From Podarcis pityusensis (lineage: Eukaryota), in assembly GCA_964106645.2 (NCBI GenBank), contig OZ067052.1: 64,000 nt of DNA; one strand, 5' to 3'. The position numbers and the translations under genes are program-made. Position 1 is the first letter of the stretch. Each line of letters opens with the position of its first letter. Positions 40,501 through 54,430 of this stretch are shown here, one piece after another. A model generated the notes under the pieces. It ran no database searches and was not told the DNA's origin. It worked only from the letters and a program-made list of their open reading frames with translations.

Positions 40501-41252
40501 ACCATGGACAACGCCATTGTGTAGAATTGTACCCTGTTTCTACAATGTCTTTATAGTTTTAGGCTAATTATCTTACACATCTCTGATTGATATATAAAAA
40601 TAATTGGGGCTATACGTAGTACCCACACAGTGAAGTCACAGTACTTAATTATACGCAGCAGCACCAACAGCACAAGCAGCCTTTAATGGAAACTCATAAA
40701 CTGAAGGCCTGGAAGAACCAAACACTGCTATTGTTCTACAAATGTTCAATGCAGCTCCTAACGTTAGTTCGTAACAGGAAGGGAAGAAGATGTCTTTCCT
40801 GTACTTCTCTGTGTCTAACCTTTGATGGTGCTTAGTAGGAACCAGGCCTGGCCCATTGATAAGGCAGAGCAGGGTGAGGCACCCGCCCCAAGCAGTGGAA
40901 GCCCAAGAGGTGGTGCCGACCTCTCCTCTGCTACCCATCCTACCACTTCCAGAGGGCATGAGATGCCAGCAAGATCTCAGTGGAAGGCACCACTGCTGCT
41001 GTAAGAGAAGTGTGGCAGCAGGGGCATGTTGCCATTTCTCCTCAAGTGGCAAAACAGGGCACGGTGCACCTGGTATGAAGTTAATATGACTTGCCTTGAT
41101 GGTGTGGGGTCTGGTTAAAATGCCATGATGGGAGAAGTCTGCTCCTGGATTTTCTTCCGCGGGATTTGAACTGTTTTGCTAGAGCTCAAACTCTTATTGA
41201 GGCATTAGAGAAATTCTCTCGAGCTGCTAAGACATGAGCATATGTCATATGA

Positions 41253-41600
<348 letters not shown>

Positions 41601-42036
41601 TAACTGTATTAAATTGAGCGTCCCTTTTAAAAAGCTGCTAAATTTTAGTTAACATGTTATATTGCTCTTCCTAATTGGTAGATAAGTTGGTCTTGCTTTT
41701 AAAGACAAGTCATAAAGGCCCCAGTAGCTTTGAGAATGGGAAGCAAGAGTTACTTTGAAACTTGTCTTTGTTGTATTAGAGGAAACAATTTGGCCAATGG
41801 AGAAATCTGGTCCTCTCTTACTGAATCTATGCACTTATGTCTATGCTGCAGTTTAGCTTGCTAATTCCTCCTTCTTGGGAGTTCAAACCAAAGTTAAGAT
41901 TCTAAATTCTCTGTATGGCCAGAGGGATTGTCTGAGTCATTTGCACATGGCTGCTATCCATCCTCTCTTTCAGTTGAGAGGACAAGACAGTTTGCCTTGA
42001 ACAATTCTGCTGCAGGCAGGTGCCCGTGGCTGAACC

Positions 42037-42043
<7 letters not shown>

Positions 42044-42078
<35 letters not shown>
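42044..42078. repeat. (GT)n microsatellite
   Basis: Pure GT run seen directly. Confidence 0.95.
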
Positions 42079-42085
<7 letters not shown>

Positions 42086-44800
42086 CATGCTACTCTAATG
42101 GGAAAGGACACATGGAGGTGACAAGAAAATCTTGCAAAGCACATACAGGAGAGAGGATGTGCTGATCCAGGTTCCTTTAATGCAGTGCCAGGCTTGCTGC
42201 TCTCCAGTTTTTTGGGCGGCGGGGAAGTAATTGGGTCTTAGTGTCTCCTGGTATTAGCAATGTTTCCAGAGCATGGTTTTGCTGTCCATTGTGTTGCCAG
42301 AGTTTAGGGGCTAAAACCTGTCAGTGTGAATGTCCCGCAGCATTTATGGCACCAGTTTTCAGTCATGGGATTGAGCCTACAAGTTACTTCAGTGAGGAAA
42401 ACAGTAACATCAGAAGGTCTATGCAGCCCACGGCTGAAAAAGGTTGCTGACCCCTGGTCTGTACTAGGGTTTCCATCCGTCCAGAATTTCCTGGTGGAAA
42501 TCGCTTTAATGTCCACAAAAATCTGAATGTATGGTAACCCAACCTCAACAACTTTTGTGTCCAGATTTTCACCTTTTGAACTATGGCAACCCTAGTCTAT
42601 ACCTTCAGACTGTTTATGGCAAGCATATTTTGCTATATTTATATTTTTGTTATCATTCGCACTATGGATGCAGTGAAAATTGCCATATTGGAACTGGCCC
42701 TCGGTCTTGGTTTTCTTTGGAAAGGAGGCAGGGTGCAGACATTAGTGCTGCGTTCTTCTCTGTGAAGACACCCACGTTGTTTTACAAATAAACACATCTC
42801 AACAAGAGTTCCCCTTTAATGAGGAAACTGTTACCGCCTCATTGCGCCTGCTGTCCTCTAACTTCCAGATGAACTCGGTACACACCTCAAACACACCCAA
42901 GGATTTACAGCACCTAATACTGTGTGGGGATGTGCCAGATCAACAGGAGTTTTGAAAAATATTTGTGGAAGCTATTGACTTTGTTAGGTTGCTAACAAAA
43001 ATACCTTTCAAAACCAGATGAAAAGCACTGGCTGTACAATGCAAATGTTCTTTTGAAAAATAAATTTGTGCCTCTTACAAAATTGGTCAGTGATTCTCAC
43101 AATTATGGTGGGATTGGTGCCTTTTCTCCTCCCCCTCAAAATCTATAGCAGCAAAAACAGCTCAGAAAAGTGCTCTGCCTAGGCTCCCAAAATTTGCCAT
43201 TGGGAAACAGATGCTCTCCATTTAAAGGAGAAAAGATAAATCTTTTGTTGTTGTTGCGTTACCCCAGTCTCTGTGTGGCATTACATTGTTCAGCAGATTT
43301 AATGCTACCAAATACTGTGCATACTTTCCAGCAGGCTCAGTCATTATTAGCACATTGCTGCTACTTTGACTTTGTCTCTTCCCTTGTTCTTTCCCCTCCC
43401 CTGTCTTACATAATAAATCTTAACAGGCTTTGCATAGAATCAGGATCTGAGGCTCTTATCCTGACCTTCACAGGGATTTCTTCTCGTAAGCTTTTGCAAG
43501 TTGGGAACTAGGGAGAATCACACTTTTGTGCTCTGAGCAGAGAGAATTCAAGCAAACTTCAGGGTGGGATTCAGATTTTATTTTTTAAAAGTAATTTCTA
43601 TACAGGATTTTCTTGGTATGTGCATTTTTTAAGGTTGTAGTCCATTCTACAAATCAGTTACATTTGATACGAGACATTAGTGTTGTATGCAGTATAGGGT
43701 CGGGGCAGAAGAGGGGGGAGAGGAGGGATTTTTATTAAGAACATTGGTGCATCTGTTGAAGGTCGTTTATATGTTATTGAGTAAAGCTAGCTTGTAGATC
43801 CCACACTCCCTTATCAGTCTCACTCAGGGTCCTGTCTTGTTTGCAGTTCCAGAGTTGCAGATAGAACTTCTGTCCTTTAAAGTGATCTAAGGAAGGTGCG
43901 GGTTCCAGAGGTGCGCAGTTTACTGCCCATAAGTTCAGTTGGATGTTGCCCAACTGAAGAACTTGAAGGCAAATAATAATAATTCCAAATAAAATCATAA
44001 CTCTGCAATTGAGAACTAGTATCGAGAAGTCATTTCTAAACAGATTCAGCTGATAAAATGGAACCCATGGTTGGCTTGCTGGAACACAAACATGCAGACG
44101 ATGGGGAAGTCACTACACTAGGTTCTGAGTTGGTTTGCAGTTCAGCCATAGTGACTTGGAATGGATTCCTTCCTCTCTTATCTGCTTGGTGTCAAAAACT
44201 GACTCCCTGTTTCCCTAGTAGGAATGCTTGAAGCAAGAGATGCTTCACCAGTACAGTCCTGGCCAAATTATTTTGATTCCTCAACAAGTCAGCATCCCAA
44301 CTTTTGCATCCAAGTTATAGAAATGTATTTCATTGGTACAATGTATGGAAAGGCTTTTTGCAGAATTCTGAAAGACAAAAAAGCAGTATATTTTGACATG
44401 TACAGATGATACATGTGTTTTATCCTTTTCTTAAAGCTACTGTTGTATGTTTTAAAATACCTCTTAACTGTTTATCAATAATTTTAAAGTTGTTGGTTTT
44501 TTTTAATATGCTTTTCTAAACCACATAAGAGGTTCTCTTACAATCAAGTGTTAAATAAATCTGATGAAAAATTAGACATGGGCTTCTAAAGGTTAATGAT
44601 GTTATTGCTACCAGCAGTTTGTAGGCCTTCCTAGTCTGTGTTATATATATGGGATAAATTCTGGATATACCTTGCTTACATACTGAAACATTCAGATGTA
44701 GTGAAAAGCCACCGGAAAGAAAACTTTAGTATATAAGGGTTTTACCAGCACACTATGGAACAAGGTACAGTTGTCCGCATGTTTTGAGAGTCAAATCTAA

Positions 44801-45087
<287 letters not shown>

Positions 45088-45284
45088 TTTGTGTAAGGCT
45101 TTTTGGCTTAATTTTTCCTATTGTTTATAATACAGGCAATGACTGATTGATGCATGTCCATGTACACACGATGCTGAACTTGAAAGTGACCCGAAAATGT
45201 CACTAAAGCATCACTAAAAGGGCAGAACACTTTATGTGGGCCCCACCAATGTGCAGTGTATGTTTGTGTGGAGAGAGTTCAGAA

Positions 45285-45634
45285 TGTCAGAAATACTGTA
45301 AAGATACCAACTCACTAGCAGGGTTTGATTAAACACAAGTCAGAAAATAAAATCAAAGGTTGAGTAAGGATAACATGGAATGAAATTGACTGCAATATGT
45401 AAACATGAAGGAAAATTTGGTATAAAACTGATAAGAAAATAAGAGTATTGAGGTATAAGATTATAAAAATAAGATAATAATTAAGCAGAAGTAGTAAATA
45501 TTTCAAGAAGCAGAAGGGGAAGTTGAGGGAAGTCATGGGGAGGGTTTTTTTTCTTTTTCTTTTATGTGACAATTGTTATATTGCGTTTTTGATTGACTAT
45601 AAATTGTAAAAATCCAATAAAATATTTAAAAAGA
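45285..45634 (+). mobile_element. Short 5'-truncated L1-like 3' fragment
   Basis: 14-bp TSD gagagagttcagaa at 45271-45284 and 45635-45648. A-rich body, T-rich 3' UTR, AATAAA at 45616, A-tail. Confidence 0.7.
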
Positions 45635-47984
45635 GAGAGAGTTCAGAACGTAACCGCCGTGCAAAGCAAGGATTGCCTGTATTCTGCTGGTGATGAAGGT
45701 GATAGAAGTCCTAAAGAAATATTCGTTTCCGTCCTATGGCAAAAAAGTGCAGAGATTTAGGCTAAAACAGCAAGTTATTTCTAATTTCACAGTTACTATG
45801 GCTTAATTTGCCTGAAAACCATCTTTGAGTATACAATAATAGTACATAATACAGCTGCTTGCACATGGGGGAAGTTGTTATCCAATTGCTTAGTGATGCA
45901 GCCATATTAATACATGATAACCTGATGATGCCTAAACATCAGTATGTAAGACAATGCTATTGGATGGCCGCATCACCAGCAATAATGTGTGTTTAATAGG
46001 CTATGAGGATGTTTGTCCCATGATTTTAGCATTGACCAGAGCAGCATCCTAGAGCAGCAGTGCTCTAGCCACTGCTAAGTCTTCTAGGTTGGTATATGAT
46101 AGCTGCTTGATGTGACATGGAATGCAGCTAGGATGTCATGATGCTAAGCAGGAATGAATGGACCTATCTAACTCACTTCAAAACTACATGCATATCCCTT
46201 TATTTGCATGTCCATTGTGTGCTTAATCTTAATCACTTGTAGTCTTTCCAGTACTGTGGCTTTTAAAAACAAAATACAACAGCACTTCTTTGCATGAAAA
46301 ACTCCTAAAGCAATGTGATCATCACCTTGTTATGTTTCCCTTCTGACATTTCTCCCTCTCCTCACTTCATGTTTTCCATTTCTTCTTCGTTCATCTATGC
46401 TTCTGCTCATCTTGAGCTGAAAAGTGTGGCGGTGTCTTCATATTTTGTTTCTGGAAAAACCCAAAATCTGCCTCCTATCAAAATCTTTGTTACAGCTCTT
46501 AGTGTTGGTGTCAAACCATCAAGGGGTATTCCAGATAGGGAATTAATGTTGCCCATAGATTGTTCAGATCTGATTTTTCTGTGTGTGTGTGATTAGTACA
46601 TGACCATCCACACAATATTTTTTAGTTTTAGCTTTTTCATAGGCATTCCACTGTTTCCTGTTTACACGACTGAGCAGTTCTTGATGGAATGTTTCTGTGC
46701 TATGTTTTCTGACCCCCTCAGTCACTACTCCCCTGACCTTCACTACCTCTTCCCCTTGTGGGCATGGACAGGTATTTCTGTACATTTGCGTACAGATCTT
46801 AAATGCTTTTACTCCAAAGGAGGTGTGCAAGAACCAGCCTTTAGTTGTCATGTTTCATTATGGACAAATTGGATACTTCTGCTTTGTGGGAGAGGATCCA
46901 TTCCCATTTGGTGGCTTTTAAAAAAGAGTCATATAGATGTCTTGTGCAAGACAGATATGTAGCTATACTGCAATCCTGGCAAAGTGGTCTTGCACATGAC
47001 TTGGGTTAAAAATAGAAAGAAGTCCTGTTGGAGACTGTGATTAGTCTCCAAGGTAATCTTCTACATGCATCAAGACCTTGAAAGAATAGTTGATGAAATT
47101 TCGATGTGACTACACATGCAGCTATTAGTGGAAGCAGGCACAGTTGTGTTATTTGTGCTGCTGGAAACAGAATGGCTAGGTTTTGCTCAGGTGAAGAGCA
47201 AACAGAAATAGGGGTGCAGTGGTAGGAGCCGCAGCCAGGAACATCACCATACAAACTAGTCCCCCCCGTCAGAAAAATGCTCAAAGGAGCTTCTATACCA
47301 GCAGGTATAATTGGTCATTTTTACTTAAGAGGAAATCTGGGTTACATGGGGAGTACAAAGGTGACATTTTGATGAGGAAGACATTGTTTAAACAATGCAA
47401 AAACTCTTAAACGTGAGCAGCAATGATAGCACAATAAACTTCCATTTGGGAGCATCCTAGTCCCCTACATGGTCTATGCGTTCTACAACCTCCACAATGT
47501 CAGTGTTAACTTTGCTGTATATTAGTGTACCGTGAATGCAGAAATAAAATCTTAGTGCAGTAACAGCCATTTTGGATGTGTAGGTGTAGACATGGCATTG
47601 TCAGGTATCCAAGGGATAAAACTTTGGAGAACCTAAAGACCAAGCCACTGCTTAAATGCTTACCAGCTGGTGTTGTAGGACTCCCCAACTTTCTGTCGTT
47701 TCTGACCATGAAGTTAGTCAATTAAGCACAGCTTCACCAGCCCTCCACTGTCACTCAGAAATCCTGGGAAGCAGTAAATGTCAGGCTTAACTGTGTGGCC
47801 AAGACCCTAGGTCAGTGCCACTTGTTGTGCCAAGTGAACAGACAGCTTCCATGTCGTTCCCAGCCATCCAAATTCATCATTAAACATGGGGTGGTTGATA
47901 GGATGGGTGGCAAACAACATGAGTGAGATAAAGCAGAACATCAAATATCATATAACAATGAGATGCCTTGTGAAAAACAACATA

Positions 47985-48454
47985 CTGTATATTTCTCTCT
48001 ATAAGACACACTTTCCCCCTCCTAAAAAGTAAGGGGAAATGTGTGTGTGTGTCTTATGGGGTGAATGCAGGCGGGAGGCTCTGCTCAGCGCTCCCTTTAA
48101 AGAGCTGTGTGGAGCATGTTGCGGCTCTTGGGGGCTTTTCCCCAAGGAGGGAGAAGGGCAGCCCTTCTCCCAAGAGCCGCACACACACTCCGCACGCTCT
48201 TTAAAGGGAGCGCGGCTCTTGGGGGAGACTTAGCCGCACGCAGCCTCTCCCGGGCAGGGGGATGAAGGCTCTCCCTGCCCGGAAGAGGCTGCGCATGGCT
48301 ATCCCACAAGCCAGGACAGCCGGCAGGATCGCTGCGCAGCGATCCCGCTTGCTGTCCTGGCTTCTGGGATTCAGAATTTTTTTTCCTTGTTTTCCTCTTC
48401 CAAAAACTAGGTGTGTCTTATGGTCTGGTGCGTCTTATAGAGCGAAAAATACAG
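47985..48454. mobile_element. Tc1/mariner (pogo-like) MITE with GC-rich internal hairpins
   Basis: TA|CTGTATATTTCTCTCTATAAGACACAC ... GTGCGTCTTATAGAGCGAAAAATACAG|TA. Confidence 0.85.
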
Positions 48455-48456
48455 TA

Positions 48457-48786
48457 CAGTGGTGCCCCGCAAGACGAACGCCTCGCAAGACGGAAAACCC
48501 GCTAGACGAAAGGGTTTTCCGTTTTTGAGTTGCTTCGCAGGACGAATTTCCCTATGGGCTTGCTTCGCAAGACGAAAATGTCTTGCGAGTCTTGAGATTT
48601 TTTTTCGCTTCCCCCCCCTTTTTCTAAGCCGCTAATAGCCTTTTAGCAGCTAAGCCGCTAAGCCTTTAATAGCCACTAAACCGCTAATAGCGCTAAGCCA
48701 CTAATAGGGTTGCTTCGCAAGACAAAAAAACCGCTAGACGAAGACACTCGCGGAATGGATTAATTTCGTCTTGCGAGGCACCACTG
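48457..48786. mobile_element. Tc1/mariner (Tigger-like) MITE, CpG-rich
   Basis: TA|CAGTGGTGCCCCGCAAGACGAA ... TTCGTCTTGCGAGGCACCACTG|TA. Repeated cgcaagacg and aagccgcta motifs. Confidence 0.88.
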
Positions 48787-49129
48787 TATATGGTATTTGA
48801 CTTCCTCTGAAGGATCAGGCTTGCAGTTCGGGAGTACCCTGGTTCCACTGCTGGTCCTTGGATGCACAGGTGACTGCAATGTTCAGGAGTGCTTTTTCTC
48901 AGCTGTGACTACAGTGCGAGCTGTGAAAAGGCAGAACTTGCCATAGTGATGCATGTCTTTGCTCACCTGATTAGATTAGCGGAACATGCTCTACGTGGGG
49001 AGCATGTTGGACATTTGAACGATGCTCAGAAACTACAGCTAGAACAAAATGCAATAGCCATTCTAGTGTTCATTTTTTCAAGATCATATTACACCACTGG
49101 TCCTAGGTAGATTGTACAGCCTTCTAATT

Positions 49130-49520
49130 TGTTTCCAGGCCTAATTCAAGATACTAGTGGTTAGGTATAAAGCTCTTAACAGGACCAGGACCAATCTGAA
49201 GGACCGCCTCTTTTCCTTACGTACCTCTCCATTCATTGAGCTCATCTTCCTATACTCTGTCGAATGTCCTGCTACCAAAAAGAGATTCGGTATTCAGTAA
49301 GTAGGGTTGCAGGACAGGACTTTTTCTATTGCAACCATCCCAGTTATGGAATCCCTTCCTTCAGGAGATCAGAGTGGTCCCATCCCTGGGCTTTAGACAG
49401 TTGACAGAGACATACAGCTTGGTTTTTAATTGGAGACCATAGGTTTTCCCTCTACTCATCTTGGTTTTTAATACTCTTGTTTTTAATTCTGCTATTGTTT
49501 CAACTGGTTTCTGGGTATTT
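49130..49520 (+). mobile_element. L2 LINE 3' fragment
   Basis: ttccaggcctaattcaagatactagtgg..tataaagctcttaac...ttatggaatcccttcc, an ORF2 end of the FKVLV.TYKALN...LWN.LP type. Boundaries approximate. Confidence 0.55.
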
Positions 49521-50089
49521 CATTTTCCTTTTAACTGCCTTGGTGGCCTACAGCACAAAAATGTTTAAAATAAAATATTGTGGTACGATGCCATGATGGT
49601 GCTCCTTTCCACAATTTCCATAACAACTGGGCAGGGGGCAGTGATTTCTTGCAGCTGTAGTAGGCACTGCAACAAGCAAGTCAGAACTGCAAGAACACAT
49701 ACTTGGAATGGGGAGCTTAAAAAACAAAACAGTTTTTTTCTGTTCTGAAACTTCATTGGTTAATGCAAACGTAGCCCTTTTGTGCAATTCAGTCAGTCCC
49801 ATGGGTATGAAGAATTACTATTATTCCTTTTATTGTGCCTGCAGTTAGAAATAATTGTGCTGTTTCCCCTAATTGCTCACCTGTAGGAGAAATGGGTTTT
49901 GTTCTTTATACAAATTAAAGACCTCTTTCAATATTATTTTTATTTTTAGCAGTAGTATTTGGCATCTGAATTAAGCAGTTTCCTATTGCTAATAGTCACC
50001 CAGCTTACATTGACACAGGCTAACAATGCAGATAGATCCCATACTAGCTGTATCAGTCTGAACTTTTCACCCCTCCTCTGTCCATGTAG

Positions 50090-50310
50090 AGTGTGAGCAT
50101 CTTATCCGGAGGATGCTGGTCCTGGATCCATCCAAGAGGCTGACAATTGCTCAGATCAAAGAGCACAAGTGGATGCTGGTAGAGGTTCCTGTTCAGAGAC
50201 CTATTCTCTATCCCCAAGGACAAGAGAATGAGCCATCAATTGGAGAATACAATGAACAAGTTCTGCGGCTGATGCACAGCTTGGGAATAGACCAACAAAA
50301 AACCATTGAG
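50090..50310 (+). CDS. SIK2: SIK2 coding exon 7 (end of kinase domain, start of UBA)
   Basis: atgtag|AG...GAG|gtaaca, 221 nt. (E)[73 protein letters not shown]. Confidence 0.97.
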
Positions 50311-51184
50311 GTAACACAGTCTTTTGTTGTTCGGGTGGAAGCTCATTTACAGTCCCTACTTTACAGGTCTGTCTGGTATCTTCCAAGTTTTTCACCTTTG
50401 CTGGAGCTATTGTGGGAAGGTCAAACCAGTAACATAATGGTGCAAGAGACTAAATGAGCCTAATGCCTTTGGGAAATGAATTTGCAGGGTAGAGGGAGTG
50501 AGGAGTGGGAAACCACCTGGTGGAGTTTAATGGGTATATTCTAGCATGCACATCTCAAACCATCAGGAAAGGGACACTTTGCCAGTAATTCCCACAGCTG
50601 ATTTTGCCAAGGTACACTCAGCTTTGATTGTACTGTGGAATATTGTAGCCCCTTCTTTTTTTAAAGTGAGAAATACAATTCATATTTTTCTGGAGATAGT
50701 GTTTGATTTTCTTAAACTTTCACTGCCAAGCCTTCCTGTCTTTTATAGCCTAGAGTGGTGAAAATGTTCACATGTGCCTATTCTTCATTATATATTTACA
50801 GGGCAAGTTTTGGGAAATTTGAGGATAACAAGGGGCACAAAACAGGAAACGTACCTCACTTTGCTTTAAGCTTCTAAAATGTGAGATCTGACAAAGTAAA
50901 AAAAAACACAACCCTTAGAAAAGCAGCCAGTTGTCTTTATTTTTGGTGTCTCGGCTAGGATTCCAAATCAAGTCTCTTACCAGAAATAAACGCTGAAAAG
51001 CTCCCTGAGGAGTCTGTGTGATCACTTCCTTCAAAATGGTTGATATTTTTAGCCAGTGTGGAGTCTGCAGTATTAATGCTTCCTGCCAGAAAGTTGGCAG
51101 GAGGGAGGGCAGGGGGCAATGAAGCCTTGAGCCTTTTCGCTCAGGGCTCCATTTCCCATTGTGGCTCAAAATGTGGAATAGCCT

Positions 51185-51297
51185 AGGTTAAGGAACCTGT
51201 GGCCCTCCAAGAGTTCAGCTCCCATCAAGCAGGGCTCAGTGGTAATGGGAACTGTAGTCCAGCAATATCTGGAGGGCCACAAGGTTCTCCATCCCTG
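51185..51297. mobile_element. Short hAT-derived MITE of an abundant squamate family
   Basis: ggaacctgtggccctcca...gggaactgtagtccagcaatatctggagggccacaaggttctccatccctg. Related copies at ~6880-7000, 9590-9710, 14570-14750, 35115-35220 and 62600-62740. Confidence 0.6.
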
Positions 51298-51801
51298 GGC
51301 TAGGTGGTACTGTTTTGTGTTTGTTTTTTAAGGGTTAATAAACAGGCACAGACACATGCATTGCTGACAGTTCATTTGTGCAACTGACACTTTTGTAAAA
51401 CTGCACTAAAGCCAATATGAGGTCCCAGGGCCCAATTAGCATTGTCATTTTGGGCTGGGAACAGAATTTGGAGCTAGAAGGGATTAAAACGTGTTTTGTT
51501 CTGCCACCCAGTCGCCCAAATGACACTGTAGGATGTGCTTATGGAAAACATATTTATGCAGTCCCATCAAAGAGCTGATCAACACACAGCAGGCATCTCC
51601 CCTCCCTCCTTCGCCAGCTTATCTCAACTAGGTGAAAACTCCTTCCCAGTCCCAAACATGCAGCCCAGTTCGACTCTAGGGAAAGAAAAAGAAAGACTCA
51701 CACTCCTCCCAAGGAAATGTTGTTCAGTGGAACACCGCACCTTTCTGTACGCATATAGCTGTGGCAGTCTCTCACACATTGGAGAAAGGTGACAGATATT
51801 A

Positions 51802-52027
51802 CAGTGGTACCTCAGGTTAAGTACTTAATTTGTTCCGGAGGTCAGTTCTTAACCTGAAACTGTTCTTAACCTGAAGCACCACTTTAGCTAATGGGGCCTC
51901 CTGCTGCTGCCACACCGCCGGAGCACGATTTTTGTTCTCATCCTGAAGCAAAGTTCTTAACCCGAGGTAATATTTCTGGGTTAGTGGAGTCTGTAACCTG
52001 AAGCATATGTAACCCGAGGTAGCACTG
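51802..52027 (+). mobile_element. Tc1/mariner (Tigger/pogo-like) MITE, copy 3
   Basis: TA|CAGTGGTACCTC...GAGGTAGCACTG|TA, colinear with the copy at 30380. Confidence 0.9.
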
Positions 52028-52070
52028 TATTTGTCCTGATTTAACCTTTGGGTGCCTGTTCTCTTCTCAG

Positions 52071-52223
52071 TCCTTGCAGGACAAGAGCTACAACCACTTT
52101 GCTGCTATCTATTACTTGCTCATAGAGAGGCTCAAGTCACATCGCAGTAGCTTCCCTGTGGAGCAGCGGCTCGATTCCCGCCAGCGACGACCGAGCACAA
52201 TCGCTGAGCAAACAGTCGCCAAG
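52071..52223 (+). CDS. SIK2: SIK2 coding exon 8 (UBA end; PKA motifs equivalent to human S343/S358)
   Basis: tctcag|TCC...AAG|gtaact, 153 nt. [51 protein letters not shown], which matches SIK2 rather than SIK1 or SIK3. Confidence 0.97.
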
Positions 52224-53907
52224 GTAACTCCCTGTTCTAGGCACAGTTGTTACCACACAAGCCAGTCAGTGTTCAGTCACAGAGCTCTTCTTCCTACCCA
52301 GACAGACACCCCCCCCCCACCAGCAACCTGTATTTTTAGACCTGGAACCTAGTTGAATATATAAAGGGCCTGCATATCATGGAAGCCTCCTTTGACTGTG
52401 GTTCTTTTTTAAGAAGGGTGAAAAGTCAGTCACAACAGTCCAGTTCCAGAAAGTGGTTCAGTTTGCTGCAGCAATAGGAAAATCAGTAAGAGGGGGACCT
52501 AGGCAGTTATTTTCCTTGGTGATTTTGCCTGAAGCTGATCAGATGCACCAAAATTTGAGCAAAGGCAATAAAGTGTTGTTTCATTCCTCTGTAATGAGTG
52601 CTGGTATTTTGGCTAAGAGCACAAACCAGAAAGTCTCCCATCTTGCCTATGCTGTGAACTCACTAACCTTAGGCTGGCCAATATCTCTCTCAGCCTCACC
52701 CAACCAACCTTCTCCATAATCTGCAATATGGGAATGGCAGTGCTGTCCTTCCATACAGGATCATTCTAAGCATGACTGTGATGTATGTGAATCTGAGCAC
52801 ATAGTATTCATTTGGCGTTATTTAGCTGATGGCTTTCCCCATGCCAATGCTTAGCTTTGGGCAGCTGTTGTGATTCTCCTGACTGGCAAGTCACAGGCAA
52901 TGTTAGATCTTGAAGCCACAGACCAAGCACTGGCCCACATTAACACGCTCACGAACCAGCTGTTGGTCTGGAAAGCAATCAAGCCATTAAAGTGCTTTCA
53001 AAACTCATTGGTAAAACAAGTTGACTGCATGGCACTGCGGAACTTTTATCACGGTGTTCCTGCAGGCTCTGCCTTGGCTTCAGAAGCCCTGATAAGATTG
53101 CAGCTGAATGTCACTCAGACATTTAAGGAGCAAAACATTGGGTGGCATCAGAGCTTCACTCACTCACTCACACAAATATGCTATTTTGAAGTTTGTCCTT
53201 TGTATAATATGATAAATGGCAGTAGTTTATCGTTCCCAACAGATCCCCAAATATTCTCATATTTTGCAAACTCCCATGTTTTGTTTCGTGTTTAAATGTA
53301 TAGAAACCAAGTATGTTGTGCTTAGCATTGGCAGTTTGAGATGTTTAATATACACTGACGGTTAATGTTGTGGATGTTGCAATCCCCTTGCTGGCAGGCA
53401 TCTCACAGCCTCTGACTCTTTATTTAATCAGCATGACGCCAATAAAGTGAGCATTAAACCAGCACACGCTTAAAATAACAGTGAAGGCACAATCTAGCTT
53501 TTAGCCCTTGGAGAAGCCCTCATTCTTCCTTATGGCCTCCGCACAGTCCCACAAGTGTGACTAGGCATGCACAGTCTGAAGTGCAGAACCTTCTGTAGCT
53601 CTAGGCAGGGCAAGAAGGTCTTGCTAAAAGCATTCTAGCTCTAAAACGCAAGACCAGCACTTCACTTCTTTGTTCTTCTCTGAGAAACGTTTGGTGTGAG
53701 CAGTTCAGTCTTGTGTATTGGTCATTCTCCTTTCCCCGCCTATGTTAGGCTAGTTTTGCCTCACAGGTTGAGATCCCACCACTTCTATTATTCTCCAGGG
53801 GTTGTTATTGTTGTGCTCCATCCCATGTCCGATACTTCCTGGTTTCATTTCTGTTTTCTTTGCATGCCTTCTAACAAACTGTTCTTTGTTTCTCTTACTC
53901 TTTGTAG

Positions 53908-54072
53908 GCCCAGGCTTCCGTAGCTCCCGTCAACCTGCGCCCCCAGAATGTCAGGCTGCTAAGGTCTCCTGGCCTCCCACCAACTTCCACTGCTGAAGCT
54001 TTCTCTTTTCCCCCTTCTGCCTGCCAGGCAGAATCGGCTTTCATGGAGGAAGAGAGAATCGACACACCAAAG
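53908..54072 (+). CDS. SIK2: SIK2 coding exon 9
   Basis: ttgtag|GCC...AAG|gtaagc, 165 nt, phase 0/0. [55 protein letters not shown]. Not in the ORF track in this frame. Confidence 0.94.
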
Positions 54073-54430
54073 GTAAGCTCTGCAATTCTCACATGCCATA
54101 TTTAAGTCTCCTAGACCTTTGGAATTGTCCGCGATCGGTGCTTGGAGGAGGAGTTAGATTCATAGCTGAGCCGAGTAATGCTGAAGCAACTGAGCTTAGC
54201 ATTAAGGAGCTTAATAGTGAGCTGTTTGTTAGCACAGGAAGCATCTACAAAAGACTGAGAGGCTTATATCGGGGGTGGGGAACCTTTTTCAGCCCAAGGG
54301 CCAAATCCCCTTGTGGGCATCCTTCCAGGGACCATGCGCCAGTGAGGCCCATCACCTGAGGCCTTTCATTGTGTGCCTCCTCCACGAGAGGTCCCAAGGG
54401 TGGCAACACGAGAATGGGCCTTTTCTGCAG

